A stretch of DNA of 64,000 nt, taken from assembly GCA_012295275.1 (NCBI GenBank), contig CM022672.1, positions 20,150,001 through 20,214,000 of the forward strand. The letters run 5' to 3'. Below the pieces are notes generated by a model. That model did no database searches. It saw nothing but the letters and a program-made list of their open reading frames with translations, and was not told the DNA's origin. Positions 12,706 through 26,160 of this stretch are shown here, piece by piece (positions within the stretch are counted from its first letter, which is position 1; every line of letters begins with the position of its first letter). This DNA comes from Chrysomallon squamiferum (Eukaryota; Animalia; Mollusca). Both the position numbers and the translations under genes were made by a program.

Positions 12706-15579
12706 CACACACACACACATACATATACACATACATTAATTAACATACATGCATGGATGCGCATAGAAACATTTAAATTTTAAATTAACAGTTTTTAATA
12801 ATTATTTATTTATATTTTATATATTGTTGTTTGTTTTTTCAGTTTGATGCCACCACTCTAACTCCATTACACAAGAAACTTGCAGCTGTTTCCAGTGCTT
12901 TGTACTTCACACTGCTGAAATCATGGGTTAGGTATGTGATGGTGTAACAAACTATCTTTTTATGAAATCCACACCATTGTCTCACTGCAAATAATAAACA
13001 TTTAAAAAAAATGCTATCAATATTCACTTTCTCCTTTTTATTATATGTATATATTTTTTTCATTTTATTTGTCTTCATTTATAAATTTCAAAAAACAGTT
13101 GATTGTTTCTTATGTTGGGATGTTGTTGAACATTCATTCATTTATAAATTTCAATAAATTATATTTATCAAGTCTATCTTTAAAATGAATGTAGAGACCA
13201 TATTTTTCAGGCTGTTGATCTTAAAAGATAAAAAATGCACAGTTTAAATCAAATATATAATGAAAATGATAATAATGTTTTATACATATATACATACATA
13301 CGTGTGTGTGTGATTTCTTTCCTTGATGGATGAAAATCTACATTTTTCATGTTTTTTTTTAAATAATCATTGTCAAAATTTATCATGGATGTTTATTTTC
13401 AGAAAGATTTTAGTTTCTATTTTCTCTTTACAAATATTTGAAAATAAATAATAATTTCTCTGAACAATAATAATAATAATTTCTTAACTGTTCAATGTTT
13501 TTAGATCCAATCCATGATAACCTACTTTGAGAAATAAAATCAGAGTAGTTTTATATCGTAATTAATCAATATTGTTAAAAAAAATAGTTTTATATTATAT
13601 ATTCATTTGTTTGCTATTTTGACATTTCATTTTGAATGCCATATCTAAATATTATAAATTTACCAAATATTAAGAAACAATTTATTTGTTTTAGCAATAT
13701 TATTATTTTCAGAGCATTAATAAATTTAATTCATTGAACTGTTTATTTGTTTAAGCATTATTATTATATACAGAACATTAAGTTATTAAACTGTTCAAGC
13801 AGTATTATTATATACAGAACATTTTGTTATTAAACTGTTCAAGCAGAATTCTCACATAAATACATTACAGCTGTGTCAACAAACCTTCTGACATCATGTC
13901 TCACTGAAAGTCTTCAAGATGTTGCTAGTTTGGCTTTAGTTCAGTGCAAAAAAAATGGGAAAGTATGATCCCCTCAGTTCAAAATTGGCTTAATTGCATC
14001 ACTGACTGCCATTCTGCAACAAAGACAAATAATATTTTAATTAAATATTAAAATTAGTCTCACTGAATGAAATGCAAAATTATTTGAAAATGTAGCCATA
14101 AAATTGCTGTTTTTCACAGATTAGTACTGTTAATTAGTTCAGTAAAGTTTTAAAAATGTACAGAAATAAACCATTAAAATAAACCATCTGAAAATCATGT
14201 CATAAAATATTAAAATGAGCATTAATACTGATTTTTCAATGAAATATTAAAATTATCCTATTAGCATAAAAGGTCAATTTCATTTAAAAAAAAAAAAAAA
14301 TTGGAATAAAATTTTTAATTTCAAATTAATTAAAAATTAATATTTTAATTGGTTTAATAAAATAATGAAAAATATTTTAAAAATGTATTTGATTCTAAAA
14401 TTGCATAAAAAAAAAGTTTTTTGATGGACATAAAAACAGAACGTTATTATTTTTTTTCATTGTTTAAAATTTTAGTTCCATTTATTTCTTTTTTTTAATA
14501 TTTTCTGATCCAAAGTAGTGATGACTTATTTAAAATACATTGAAGAATTTAAAACCTTTGGTGAAACCATCTGCTTTATACTGAAAAACCTTCACCTCTG
14601 TAATTGCATCAGTTCATCATAAAATTTGTAACGAAATGTTTTATGTACAAGGTGATGTCAGCATCAAAGGTTAATAATAACTTCAGATATTTGGTCTTTT
14701 GTGGTATTTAATTTTTACTAAGGTTTGAATAATGTAAAAATATATTTTAAAAAAAAACTGTTCAAAATGTTTAAAAGATTTAAATAGATTTATACATCCC
14801 ATTTTTAGATTTGATTATTGCAGAAAAATATTTAAAGAAAAGCCAGTGGGCTTACATTATCCTTTAAATTGATAAATTAAAATAATTAAGACATGGTAAA
14901 TAAATTTAATACTGACATTATAAAAATTTCATCAATTTTCACCTTTGAACAAATTATTAAAATTAAATTAATGGGGTTTTGGTGGTTTTTTTTTTACATT
15001 TTATAAAAATGATAAAGGCTGAAAATTAACCAATATGAGCATTGTTGTGTTTATGCCTTATTAAGCAAATGTAACAAACTTTGGTATTGTTGGATTTCAA
15101 CAGCTCCAGATAGCTGCATGCAGTCTGCTGGGTGAACTGATAGAGCGCATCGGTGATGACAACATCTGGTTGCCTGATATACAGAAAAACTGCATCATCT
15201 TGATGCTGCTGGTCTCTATAGAGGATCACATGAAGGTAATAAAAGAATCAATAAATGAATGTTTGTTTAATAACACCATAACATGTTAATATTAATTAGC
15301 TTTCAAAAGTGTATGCATAAATGTATACATAAATGTATGCATAAATGTATGCATTCATGCATGCATGCACATATGTGTGTGTGTATATGTATGCATTTAT
15401 TGTGTATGTATGAATATAGTTTATATATATGAACTATGTATGTATGTATGTATGTATGTATGTATTATATATGTACACATGTATCATTTGTATGTATGTA
15501 TATATATATATATATGAACTATGTATGTATGTATGTATGTATGTATGTATTATATATGTACACATGTATCATTTGTATG

Positions 15580-15614
<35 letters not shown>

Positions 15615-16269
15615 CATATATTTTATAATGACTTGCAATGAACAAGCTGCCATCTCTCTTTTCACAGCTTTTATCGGCTTGAATCAAGGCATTTAGTAAT
15701 AACTAGAAAATAAATTACCTTCCACCTTCTTCATTAAATCAGTTGAAGCCTCTGTCTGGATTGGGAAATAACCCTATTTTAGCTCCTGTCTAGCCTTTCA
15801 CCACATTTTATATCATTAATGATCAGTAATGAGGGTAATTTTAAATGAAATGTTTCACATTTCAGGTCAAGCAAGGACTGTCCTACGTACACACAGTGTT
15901 TCTCTTGCTGCTTGCAATGGCCAAATCAGAAGCAGTAAGTTTTGATTTATCTGGTAGATATATAGACTGACAGATAGATTTGTGTTTGTACCTTTTTTCT
16001 TCTTCATTTTCATTTATTTATTTATTTAATTAATTTAATTTTTTATAATTTAAAAAAAAAAAAAATTTTTTTGGGGTGAAATTGTGGTTTACAAACAATA
16101 TTTATTTAAAAAAATTTATTATGATGCTGTTATGTATAATTTTTTTTACATTTTAATATTATATTTTCATATATATATATATTGTGGTTTCCATACAATG
16201 TTTGTTTTAAAAATTTATTATAATGCTGTTACGTATAATTCTTTTTTAAATTTTAATATTATATTTTCA

Positions 16270-16300
<31 letters not shown>

Positions 16301-17283
16301 CTTTTTTTAAACAGAGAAAGATAAGTTATATAAAGTTATTTTAAATGTAAATATGACTTTCCTGCTTTGAATTTCTGTCGTATGTATCTTGTGAATTTCC
16401 ATAAACTTTTACTCATATTATTTTCCACAATTGTCACAAATATTTTATTTATTTATTTATTTATTTGTCTGTAATATAATTTGTTTTTTTTGTTTTTTGT
16501 TTTTTTTTGTTCAGTGTAAATATAACTAAATAAAACTAATGTTCTATAAATGACAATCACTGAATGATTGTTTTATGTAATGCATGGATAACAACTATGA
16601 GTTTTAATAAATATACATGTTTGTGTGTGTGTGTGTGTGTGTAATACAGGAAATACATATTTTCAGAAAAGTTTTCTTGAAAAATTCATTCAGTCCATTC
16701 AGATTGAAACACTTGATTCCTGTTAAATCTCCAACAGTCCATTCAACTCCTAACCAATCAACGAACACAAGCACCAGTTTCAACTACGTTACTTTCAGTA
16801 CAGTGATAACATGTATTTTCTGAAATTTCATTATAATAATAAATCTTTCCTTTAGCATATATATATGTTTTAAAAAAAAAATGACAAGTTGTTGTTGTTG
16901 CTGTGTTTTCAGGGAGCTGCAGCTCTAGCACTAGGAAATGTGACAAGTCACACCTGTCTGGTTGTCACTAACTGTTACACAAATGACGATTTCTTCACCA
17001 GGACACCAGCACCAGCCAAGGTTGGGCAGCATACATTCTTTACTACGTATTTAGCACCATCCGTCAACTGTCAGTTATACTTAAAAAAATATGTGTTATT
17101 CATGGTGTGTGTGTCTGCTTGTGAGAAACATTGTATCTGTACATATTTTCATGTCTGTATATATATATATATATATATTCACATATATTTACAAGTGTGT
17201 GACTTACTAAATTATACCCACTACATTCCATTTAACTTATAATTATTCTTTTAATTATTTATTTTAAAAATATATTACCTTTT

Positions 17284-17314
<31 letters not shown>

Positions 17315-19954
17315 CAGAAATATTTAATAAATAGACATTTAATTATTTTTACAATAAATATATATATATTTTAATTATCGATTTTTTAATTTTTTTTTTT
17401 TTTTTAACAAAATTCTGCTGGTGTTGTCAGAGAGGTGCCGTGTACAAGCATTCGAGTCAGTCGTGGCATGCAGTGTACTGTCTGAGCATTGAACTTCACT
17501 CATACATGTTGTCAAAACTGAGGTACTCATTCCTCGATGATGCTCTCAGTTTTGCTGGGGCCCACCAGGAAAGGCTACAACAGGTTAGTTTGTTAATATT
17601 CAGAATACTCCGTTTTACTCGGGATTTCTTACTTTTTGTTTCACATGACAATGGCTTTGTGATATTTCTTGATGATTTGCACATTGGTCAGTAAGAGTTT
17701 GAAAGGTTTAAATATCTGCTAAATACTGTGGGATGTGTAACCTGACTTACTTGTAATGTCTAATAGGATGTTTAATATTGTTAAAGTATGGTCTAACTAT
17801 TCATTTAATTAGTGAAAAAAATAAAAAATAATAATTAAATTAAAACAATAAATAAATAAATATATATATATATAAAATTAATTTTTTCTTTTTATTTCAT
17901 TTTACCGTATATACTTGTGTATAAGTCGAATTTTTGGGAGACTATATTAAGGTAATATTTTGGGGGTCGACTTATACATAGGTAATGCTTTTGTAGCTGT
18001 TGCTGAAGAGTCGTCATTTTGACTATTTTTTGCTACGGGATGCATCTAAAATAATCGCGTTTTTTCAGCTTTTCAAAAATATAATTTTATCGTATAAAAT
18101 TTTTTGAAAAATTAAATAACAAAACCAAATATGAATGTAAAACATGATATTCTTCCGTTTAATGACATAAAAATACATTTTAAAATGAGAAAACCATCAG
18201 TACGGCGTTATGCCTTACGGCGTCTTGCAGTGATTTAGGCTATAGCTTGTGTAATACATGCATTTGTGTTATTATGGTATGTTCGTGCAAGTTATGTTAC
18301 AGTAGGCGTATAATGTAGGCCTTCATGGCACTGTCACACTGGTCTAAAAATAGTGATGGTGCCTGGAATCTACAGTCGACTTACACACAAGTAATACCTA
18401 AAATGACGCAATTTTTGGTCTTAAAATACACATCGACTTATACATAAGGTCGCCTTGTACACAAGTATATACGGTAATTTAAACATTTTGTTTTATTAAT
18501 TTTAATTTTAACCAATATTTATTTTATTTAATTTAATTTAATTTTAATCACTATATTTTTATTTTTTTTATTTCAGTGTATGAAAGTGGCCTCGCTAAGT
18601 CTGAACGAGGCAGCACTGAGGGAATCAGAATCTACTTGTGGACTCATTCTGCAGTTATCAATGTTTCGACACGAGTGGAGATTTCATCTGTCAGACGTTC
18701 TCAACAAACTGCTTGTAGGTGTTTTTTTCTTAGACGTAACTGTCAGTTACGCTCTGTTTCAACAAATAACATGATCAGTTAAGAGTCTTGTTTAAAAATA
18801 TTTATTTTCTCTCAATAATTCTTACTGAATTCTTTTTGAATTAATGAAACCTCAGCTTACATTTCTAATAACTGTTATTTCACCCATGTTTTTAGTGTTG
18901 ATAAGACGAAATGTCTTACTGATCAAAAAAATATTTTTATTTTCATTTCATGATTCATGATTTCACTTTTCAGACTTCCATGGTTTACATGTGCCAGACT
19001 TTTATTGCCTTACTAATCCGCCCACGATACTTGCTTTTCATTTTGGAGGTGAGAAAATTTTTAGTAAAAGCACAATCTCTTATCTGAAATTTTGAAATCC
19101 TTGATGTTTTTCAACCAGCGGAAATAGTGATATCTTGCAGGGATATCTTACAGTTTTCAGATTGCTTTGCATGCAGAGGTTTTATTTTATGCATCAAATT
19201 ATCAAACGTCCTGCAGACTAGTTTGTACTAGCTTCATATGAAACATAAATGGAATTCATATTTAGACTTAGGTTCTATTCTCAGGTTATATTCCTTACAT
19301 TCAAAAATCTGAAATATTTGGAAGTACAAAACATTTCTGGGCAAAAAACATTTTGGATGGAGGATTCTCAACCTGTAATATTACTGTTCATAAATATTAA
19401 CAGAAAAAACTTCAAAAATAAAATGTTGGATGTTGCTGTTGTGATTTATGTATAATTTGATGCTTTGTGTGTCTTCCAATTTTTACATGAAAATCCATTT
19501 TGCTCGTTTCTCACAGAGGGGTCAGGATGCGAAGAAGAGTGAGCTGCAGTCATCTCCCTTGTTACAGCATCAAGCATCTACAGACGACTTGGACCAGCCA
19601 TCAGCTCAGCTTGTACAAATACAGTACAGGTAGGATTGTGTCAAAACCCCCACACTGATCTTCTACAGCTTACTTGTTGGTGGGGGTGGGGGAAATCAGT
19701 AAAGATACTAGGGAAGAAAAAAATCCAAATTTTGCAAAGAAATGTATTGACCTTTAAAAAAATTAGATAGGATATTTTTTATTTTTTATTTTTTTTTTAA
19801 TTATTATTTATTAGCTAGATCTTAATAAAATAATCCAATGAAAATTATTAAAAAACCAGAAAAAAAAAATAAAAAAATTGACAATAACTGTAATATTATG
19901 TTTACATAAAAATATTTATATTGATGTTGTTATATTTTTACCTTCACACATTTA

Positions 19955-19986
<32 letters not shown>

Positions 19987-22283
19987 AATTTTTTATCCAG
20001 TTAAATAAATATTATTTAAAACTTTTGGTCATATTTCTTTGATTAGTCAGATTTTTAATGTTTTATATTCACAGAATGCTGAATATTCTGGGACACAGTT
20101 TGGCCTCTTTGAAACAATTCACACCTGATCTGGGACAAATTATGCTTGATCAGGTAATTAACAGTAAATAAATGTGTAAATGTAGATACTTTTGTTTCTG
20201 TTCAGGTAAAAACTTTTGGTTTTCAAACTGATAAAACAAAAATATTTTTATTAATTGCTTTTTGTATTGTTCATTTATTACTATTATTACTATTATTCAT
20301 TTATTTATTTATTAATTATTATTGTTATTATTATTTTAATTTGATATTAATTCCAAAGCATGAAAAAAAAAAAAAAAAAAAAATAATAATAATAATAAAA
20401 AGAGAAATAAAATAAATTAACTTTAATGTTTTAATATAATTATTGGTTTAAACAATATTTTTCTACAGAGTATGGATATCACAGACTATGATGTTCTGCT
20501 GTCGCTTGGATTTGGCACACCAGCTGTAGATCAACAAAGTTTCCCAACATTCGGAACATTAATATCCTGTGTAACTATGTCCTTTAGAATACTCTGTAAG
20601 GTATTACTATCTTTATTTCTTTAACTACTATTCCTATTACTATTACTAATGTAACTGCTTCTGTTATTACCACTACAATGTATACCATTACTACCTCAGT
20701 TGTTCTTGTAGCTCCTGCTAATATTAATACTATAATTACCACTAGAGCCATTATTATTACTACTTCAGTTGTTATTGATATAGTTGTTGTTAATATTTTT
20801 TCCTTATTATGGCTACCAATCTAATTTAATGGGAGAAGAAAAAAAGTGAACTTTAAAAATAACAGCTGAAATGTTTATACAAGCACTATTTCTAAGTTAA
20901 TTTAGAATTAAAAAAACATTTTGGCTAACAAAAAGTTTGAAAGGTTTGTTTCTGTGTCTTTTTATAATTTTTTTTTTGTTTGTTTAAAGGAAAAATCACA
21001 AATAGAAGGATGGATAATCACGAAATTACCTTTTATGAGATTGTGACTTAATTTTGAAGTTACAATTGCTAATAAAATATAGCAGAAGCTGTTTATAGAA
21101 TTCAGTATACCTGTGTATGAAAGAAAAATGCACATATTCATCTTCTTATGAATCAAAATTATTTAGATAAGTTAAGTGTTGCTTTTTGTTTCAGATTGAC
21201 CCAAGAGGGTCTGGATCACCACACAGACAGGCCGATACAATCACCAGTCAGAACATATCTAAGTGAGACTGAATTATTATTAGTTACTAGTGTAATAGCA
21301 AATAATTTGGGTGCAGGTTATATCAGGTTTCTTCCCTCACAATCCTGCTTCTAGATAAATCAAGTCTCATATTAATGTGCTATTGATTTTATATCCCAGT
21401 ATTTGAAATAATGATTGGTTGGGACCAGATGTTTGTTGGCATTCTTACAGACAGAAAGTTATTTGATACACCAGATGATCCATCGTTATGTGGAATTTAA
21501 AAAAAAAAAAATATATATATATATATGTATATGTATGTATATATATTAAAAAAAAAAATTTTTCAATATCTTTGGAAAATGTTGTTTAATAGTTATGATC
21601 AGATTTGTAAAGTTTGTTTTAAAAAACAATCAGTGCTGAATGTGAGTATCTTGACGTTTACAGGAATCTTGTGCTGTTCATTATGGAAAATGCTCTTTAC
21701 ATAATCATGTCTCAGTGCTGTCGCCATCTTCGTGACTGTGAATTATCTCCAAGAGACAAACAGTTTCTCAAAAGAGAGCTTGGAGCAGAGTTGGTGAGTT
21801 TCTTTTGTACACAAAAAAATAAAATTAAAAAAATACATATGGTTTAAAAGAAGTAAAAAATATTTTTAAAAAAAAACTGCATTGTTAAACAATTTTAAAA
21901 TTGAACATGGTTAGAATTTTCTAGTTTGAACATAAAGCAATAAAAGCAAACAAAAATAATCATATTTAAAAAATATATATATTAACAGTTGAATTTTTAA
22001 AGTTCATCAAGATTCATTTTGACAAGTTATACTAATTTTACATTCATTGAGAATTTGCATTAGTTAGAAAATAAACTTTCATTTTCAGAATTCATTCCTG
22101 TCTAGTATGTTGCGATACTGGCGTCGGGGACCAACATCACCAGGGTCCAGTGTTCAGTCCAGTCCATTAGTGTCCAGTCATGTCCAGCTTGGTAAATCTG
22201 TGTCACAGACAACTTTCAATACTAGTCCAGACCAGAAGTTCTTCAGACTAGTTCAGGATTTTGTAGCTAAAGTCTTGAGATGA
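57..22283 (+). CDS. NUP188: Nucleoporin NUP188, 3' part of a multi-exon gene (5' end lies upstream of the window)
   Basis: GT-AG exons read manually: 57-189, 3509-3596, [garbled ~4401-4466], 4982-5096, 5263-5383, 5915-5990, 6545-6664, 7253-7496, 7807-7896, 8340-8456, 8797-8862, 9243-9346, 9668-9746, 10027-10100, 10506-10581, 10942-11070, 12061-12135, 12843-12931, [broken ~13871-14030 and ~14510-14680], 15104-15235, 15866-15934, 16913-17020, 17431-17583, 18577-18714, 18974-19048, 19517-19629, 20075-20153, 20469-20600, 21195-21262, 21664-21793, 22089-22283 (TGA). Phases are consistent except at the bracketed exons. Peptides such as YHKWRY, AQYIYHRHNPRLP, PMSILACLGNDA, QPGLIEVFLN, LRYSFLDDALSFAGAHQERLQQC and PRDKQFLKRELGAEL are collinear with vertebrate NUP188 as I recall it. 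Confidence 0.95.
1903..2670 (-). CDS. TIR-domain protein (255 aa, single coding exon) with predicted N-terminal dual acylation, nested antisense in a NUP188 intron
   Basis: 768-nt ORF from ATG 2670 (MGQIVSSLCC...) to TAA 1903 in otherwise stop-rich DNA. TIR elements appear in order: VPPL..KHHLFFCC (betaA), DLQEVNTLIDEAKQNG (alphaA), FNCC (betaB), ELSQMDEFISEAK (alphaB), WVVIYFSERY (betaC), WSQIQ (alphaC), NIILIV (betaD), VPIIFSIFPKVF. A candidate 5'-UTR intron spans 3060-2746 (AG|GTGAGT ... TTTCACAG). AATAAA lies on - at ~1479-1484. Confidence 0.8.
   Translation of the reverse strand: MGQIVSSLCCPRTVKENRSEVLISRLILPEKSIYFIDEGITFSEVPPLTRKIKHHLFFCCDTTDLQEVNTLIDEAKQNGFNCCEFDSCVNAAKTELSQMDEFISEAKWVVIYFSERYHTKYCWSQIQTAAAVEHAISLQQKNIILIVTEHMEKSVPIIFSIFPKVFTTKSNWKQLFFNTVSHSPAQLSKLEICEHHLDLEKLQEGCRISHCSDESTRINRCNELNRPAFGLKDIPLIYQFQKWGNIQKPNSKNSD
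11075..11560. repeat. Degenerate minisatellite, ~27-30-nt unit (CACTTCAGTATTGTTATACATAGTTAAAGT-like)
   Basis: More than a dozen imperfect tandem copies start immediately after the donor of NUP188 exon 10942-11070. Confidence 0.85.
15425..15610. repeat. Tandem duplication of an ~86-nt (TATG)n/(TA)n-containing unit
   Basis: GAACTATGTATG...TACACATGTATCATTTGTATGTATG occurs twice back to back. Confidence 0.85.
17905..18474. mobile_element. Non-autonomous DNA transposon (MITE), Tc2/pogo-type Tc1-mariner superfamily
   Basis: The left end CCGTATATACTTGTGTATAAGTCGA and the reverse complement of the right end CCGTATATACTTGTGTACAAGGCGA form ~25-bp TIRs. TA flanks both ends (TSD). Internal copies of TCGACTTAYAC are present, there is no transposase ORF, and it is CpG-richer than the host intron. 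CCGTA-starting TIRs with a TA TSD are typical of TcMar-Tc2 elements. Confidence 0.85.
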
Positions 22284-24168
22284 GGATCTTTATTTGCAAA
22301 GATTTTCAAAATACTCATCAGAGACACAGTGCTAAGTGCTGTGGACAAAATTAATATTTTAATTCAGCATTTAAATGTAGCAATTGCAGAAAAATAAAGA
22401 AAAGAATAGGATGGTAATTGTGCAAATATGATGTTGACGAACTGACAAGTCAAAATACTGTCTATGTACATGTGTATATTTTTACTGCAAGTGAAACAAA
22501 AACCAAAACAGTGTTGAATTATCTATTATTATTCTTCAGTCCAGTAGTTATAAACCTTTTCGTGTCATCAAGACATTTTTCAAAACAAATTATTTTTATA
22601 TCTTTTTTCATGTCATTATAGAACCAAATGCCAAGATCATTTTCATTATGTGCAAAAACATTTTATTATTAGACAATCATAAAATTTCACATATTCTTTT
22701 TAAATATCACTTTAATCCTGCTAATCTTGGATTATATCAATGTTATTATGTACAATGAAATCCTTTATACCGCAACCAAGTAAGGCATAATTTCATGTTT
22801 TAAGAATATAACATGTCAAAAACACATTTGTAAATAAATTTAAATATTTTTTTTAGCGATTTATTTTACATAACAACTAAATATGATGCCTTAAAATTTT
22901 TTCAAAATTATCTAAATAAACTTATTGTAATAAGAAATCATTAAAATAATAATAATCCATAACAGATCAGAGATGTACATATTATGATTTTAATTTTTGA
23001 CAATATGTATTGTGAATTTTACACTATTAAATGGCATTTGAAAGAATAAATTAAAACTGAATAAATAATAACAAACACAATTTGGCTGGAATATGTTTTA
23101 CTTGAGTGAACACAAAGTGAAACCATTTATAATTACAAATATATAATCATGTTTTCAACAAATCATGAAGCTAGTCTGTATATAATACAGTATGTTTCAA
23201 ACTGGGTAACAGTGTCTCAGATTCTTTCAAACATTACTTGTATTTGGCATGACACTAAGCTTCACAAACAAAACATGTTTTCCTTCAAATTATATATCAC
23301 AAACTGCAAGAAATAAAGGTAGAAAATTGGCCCAGAATAAAACAAAACATTCTTTTTAAAAAGGAAGTATGTAAAAATAAAAAAACTGTAACAAAAAATC
23401 CCAGATAAATGATGTCAAATTAAAAGTCAATGAATCCTGCCAAGAAACCAAATGGAGAAGCAGGAAAAAAGAAACCAACAACAAAACCTAACAAAACAAA
23501 AATCAAAGATATTTATGTTAAATGCCAATTTAATCCTTTCATAAATAAAACAGAGAAAAAAACAACAACTGAGAGCATAATAAATTCTGAGGTGATTTTA
23601 CTCATTCACCATTTTTATAAAACATAATGAACAACATAACCATCCCACATTATCAAAAGATTTGATAACAAAATGAAGTTTATGGTAATCCTGTTACCAA
23701 ACAATATTTCATTATTTAATTATTATTATTATTAAAAAAAAAAATAAAAAGTGGTTTTCTTGTTTAATATTAAACAGTGTCTCATTAAATATTAATCGGA
23801 GTTGAAAAAATATATTTTAGACATTTGATGTTTAAAATTAAATAACCTAAAGGATAGCATTTTTGAAAAATTAAATAAAACCCAGCCTTCTTGGTCTGAA
23901 AATGTTAATCTTGAACTGAACTGAATAAAATAGTGAACAAAAGATTTAATATGGCAGAATTCTTTAAGGCCATTGTTTTTATATAAAAAATAACACAAGT
24001 GTCCCTTTCATTTGAGTTTAGTACAATTTATAATTAAAAAAATGTATACACAAACAAAACAGAACTTATTTACAAGATGAAAATCATCCCTTTGGATTTC
24101 TTCAAAATTTGATTTTTGTTTGAAAATAAAATTACTAAAATGATACATTTTGAACAATTAATTATCTT

Positions 24169-24210
<42 letters not shown>

Positions 24211-26160
24211 GTAATATCAATACAATTGAATTTAAAAAATAAAATAAAAATATACTTCAGTTCCACAAAATATATATAAACTGCAGTTTTTTTAACATAC
24301 TGAAAATGTTGACAGAAACATTTGATTAGAATCGATATCATTGAAAGATACACATGCATATATTTTATTTTTTTCAAATCTAAGAAGGCATTCTCAAAAA
24401 TATATTGTTCCAATACACAAAAAATACAAAATGTTTTCTAAAAGAAAAGAAATAAAAACATTTCATTTACAAAAATAATATAATTCTTTAGTGTTATACT
24501 TCTTATGGTGTCAGATAATGAATGACATGTTATGTCTGATGTTTTCAGTGTGCACAAAATACAAAACATATCTTGTCAAAGTTTTAATGTAAAAAATTTG
24601 ATATTTTAGAAAAATCTAAATGTTTCCTTTTATTTTTCAAAGAATGTAAGTACGTGGTAGGAAATACAAATTAGCTTATTTTAGAATTTAAAATTTGCAT
24701 GCACACACATTCACACACAAAAAAAATTTTTTAAAAACCCCACACTTACTGAATCTTTGTATAAAATTATAATAAGCTTTTTTTTCCTCAATGATTAATT
24801 TTTAAGAAAAAAATGAGAATCATTAAAAAAAATAAGAGATTTTTCACTTTAATCTCAAATGTCCTCAATTTTATTTTGATTCTGTCTTTGGCTAGTATTA
24901 TTTTTAAATGTTACATATATGCAATATATATTCTGATTAAGCCACGAACTCAACTCTCTTCGTTGGGCTACTTAAGTTCAAGGCTAACAATTTTTTTTTT
25001 AAAGTTAATTCTACATTTTGCTTATATGGCAAAAGAAAAAAAAACCAGAATTCTAATTTGTTTCATTTAATGGAAAACTAAAAACAATTCCCGATATTAA
25101 ATGATTTGTTCATGGCAATTCTTAGTGAAGCATTTTTAAATTCAACATAAGTATCCATTTATGTTAGATATTTAAGTATTTAAATTTAAAAAAAAGAAAA
25201 TGATAATAACAAGCACTGGAATATTCCTATTTTATATCTAGTCATTTTTAAAAGGCATTTAAAATATTTTTATATATAAATAATAATAAAATGAATAAAC
25301 TTTGATTACAAACAGAACAATTATTTGAACAAGTTTTAAACATTAGAACAAATAAAATATACTGTTGATATTATAAACTCACAGAATATGCTTATTTTTC
25401 AATTATGAATGAAGATCATTCTCTTCATTTACATGGTGTGAATGTCAGAATATACATACAAACTGGTAAATGTGGGGCAGAAATCATTACTCAGAAAATG
25501 TAAAATAAAAATCCTGTCACAAATTATTTTACCTGCAAAATATTTCTCATTTTACCAATTTATCATATTTTCTCTTACTGAAACTGAGCTACTTTAGGGA
25601 GAGAATTAACCCTTTTGAAATAATAACACTAATTAACAAAATCTATATTATGTTAATTATTTAAACAAAAGTAACAATACCAAGGATAAAGGAATAATAG
25701 TTATAAAATGAGGCAAAATGAGTTTGTAATTAATTTAAATTGTACATTTCAGTAATTAAGGCCATCAAAAATGGTGCATTCTTCTTTATAAACATTCAAA
25801 ATGTTTTTAATTTTTTCATATATGATAGCATCTGATAATGAATCAAACTGAAAATAATTTCTTGTACAAACTGTACATACTAGTTACATCAGCAGAGAGT
25901 TCTGTAAAATGCTTGTCAGACTAAAGTAAGTAGGCCTAATGTTTATGAATGGATCATGCATAATAACGTGTCAGGCAACACTACAATTCTAACATTTAAG
26001 AACCAATAGGTTGTTTATAAGCAACCAAAACTTGGTAAAAGTTTATAAAGAAAGAAGTTGTAATTGTCCCTCAACCACAAAATTAAAAAAAAAAAAAAAA
26101 ATTAAAAAAGAAAAAAAAAATGAAAATGAAAAGACAAAAAGTTGTAATTTCTTCTGTATG

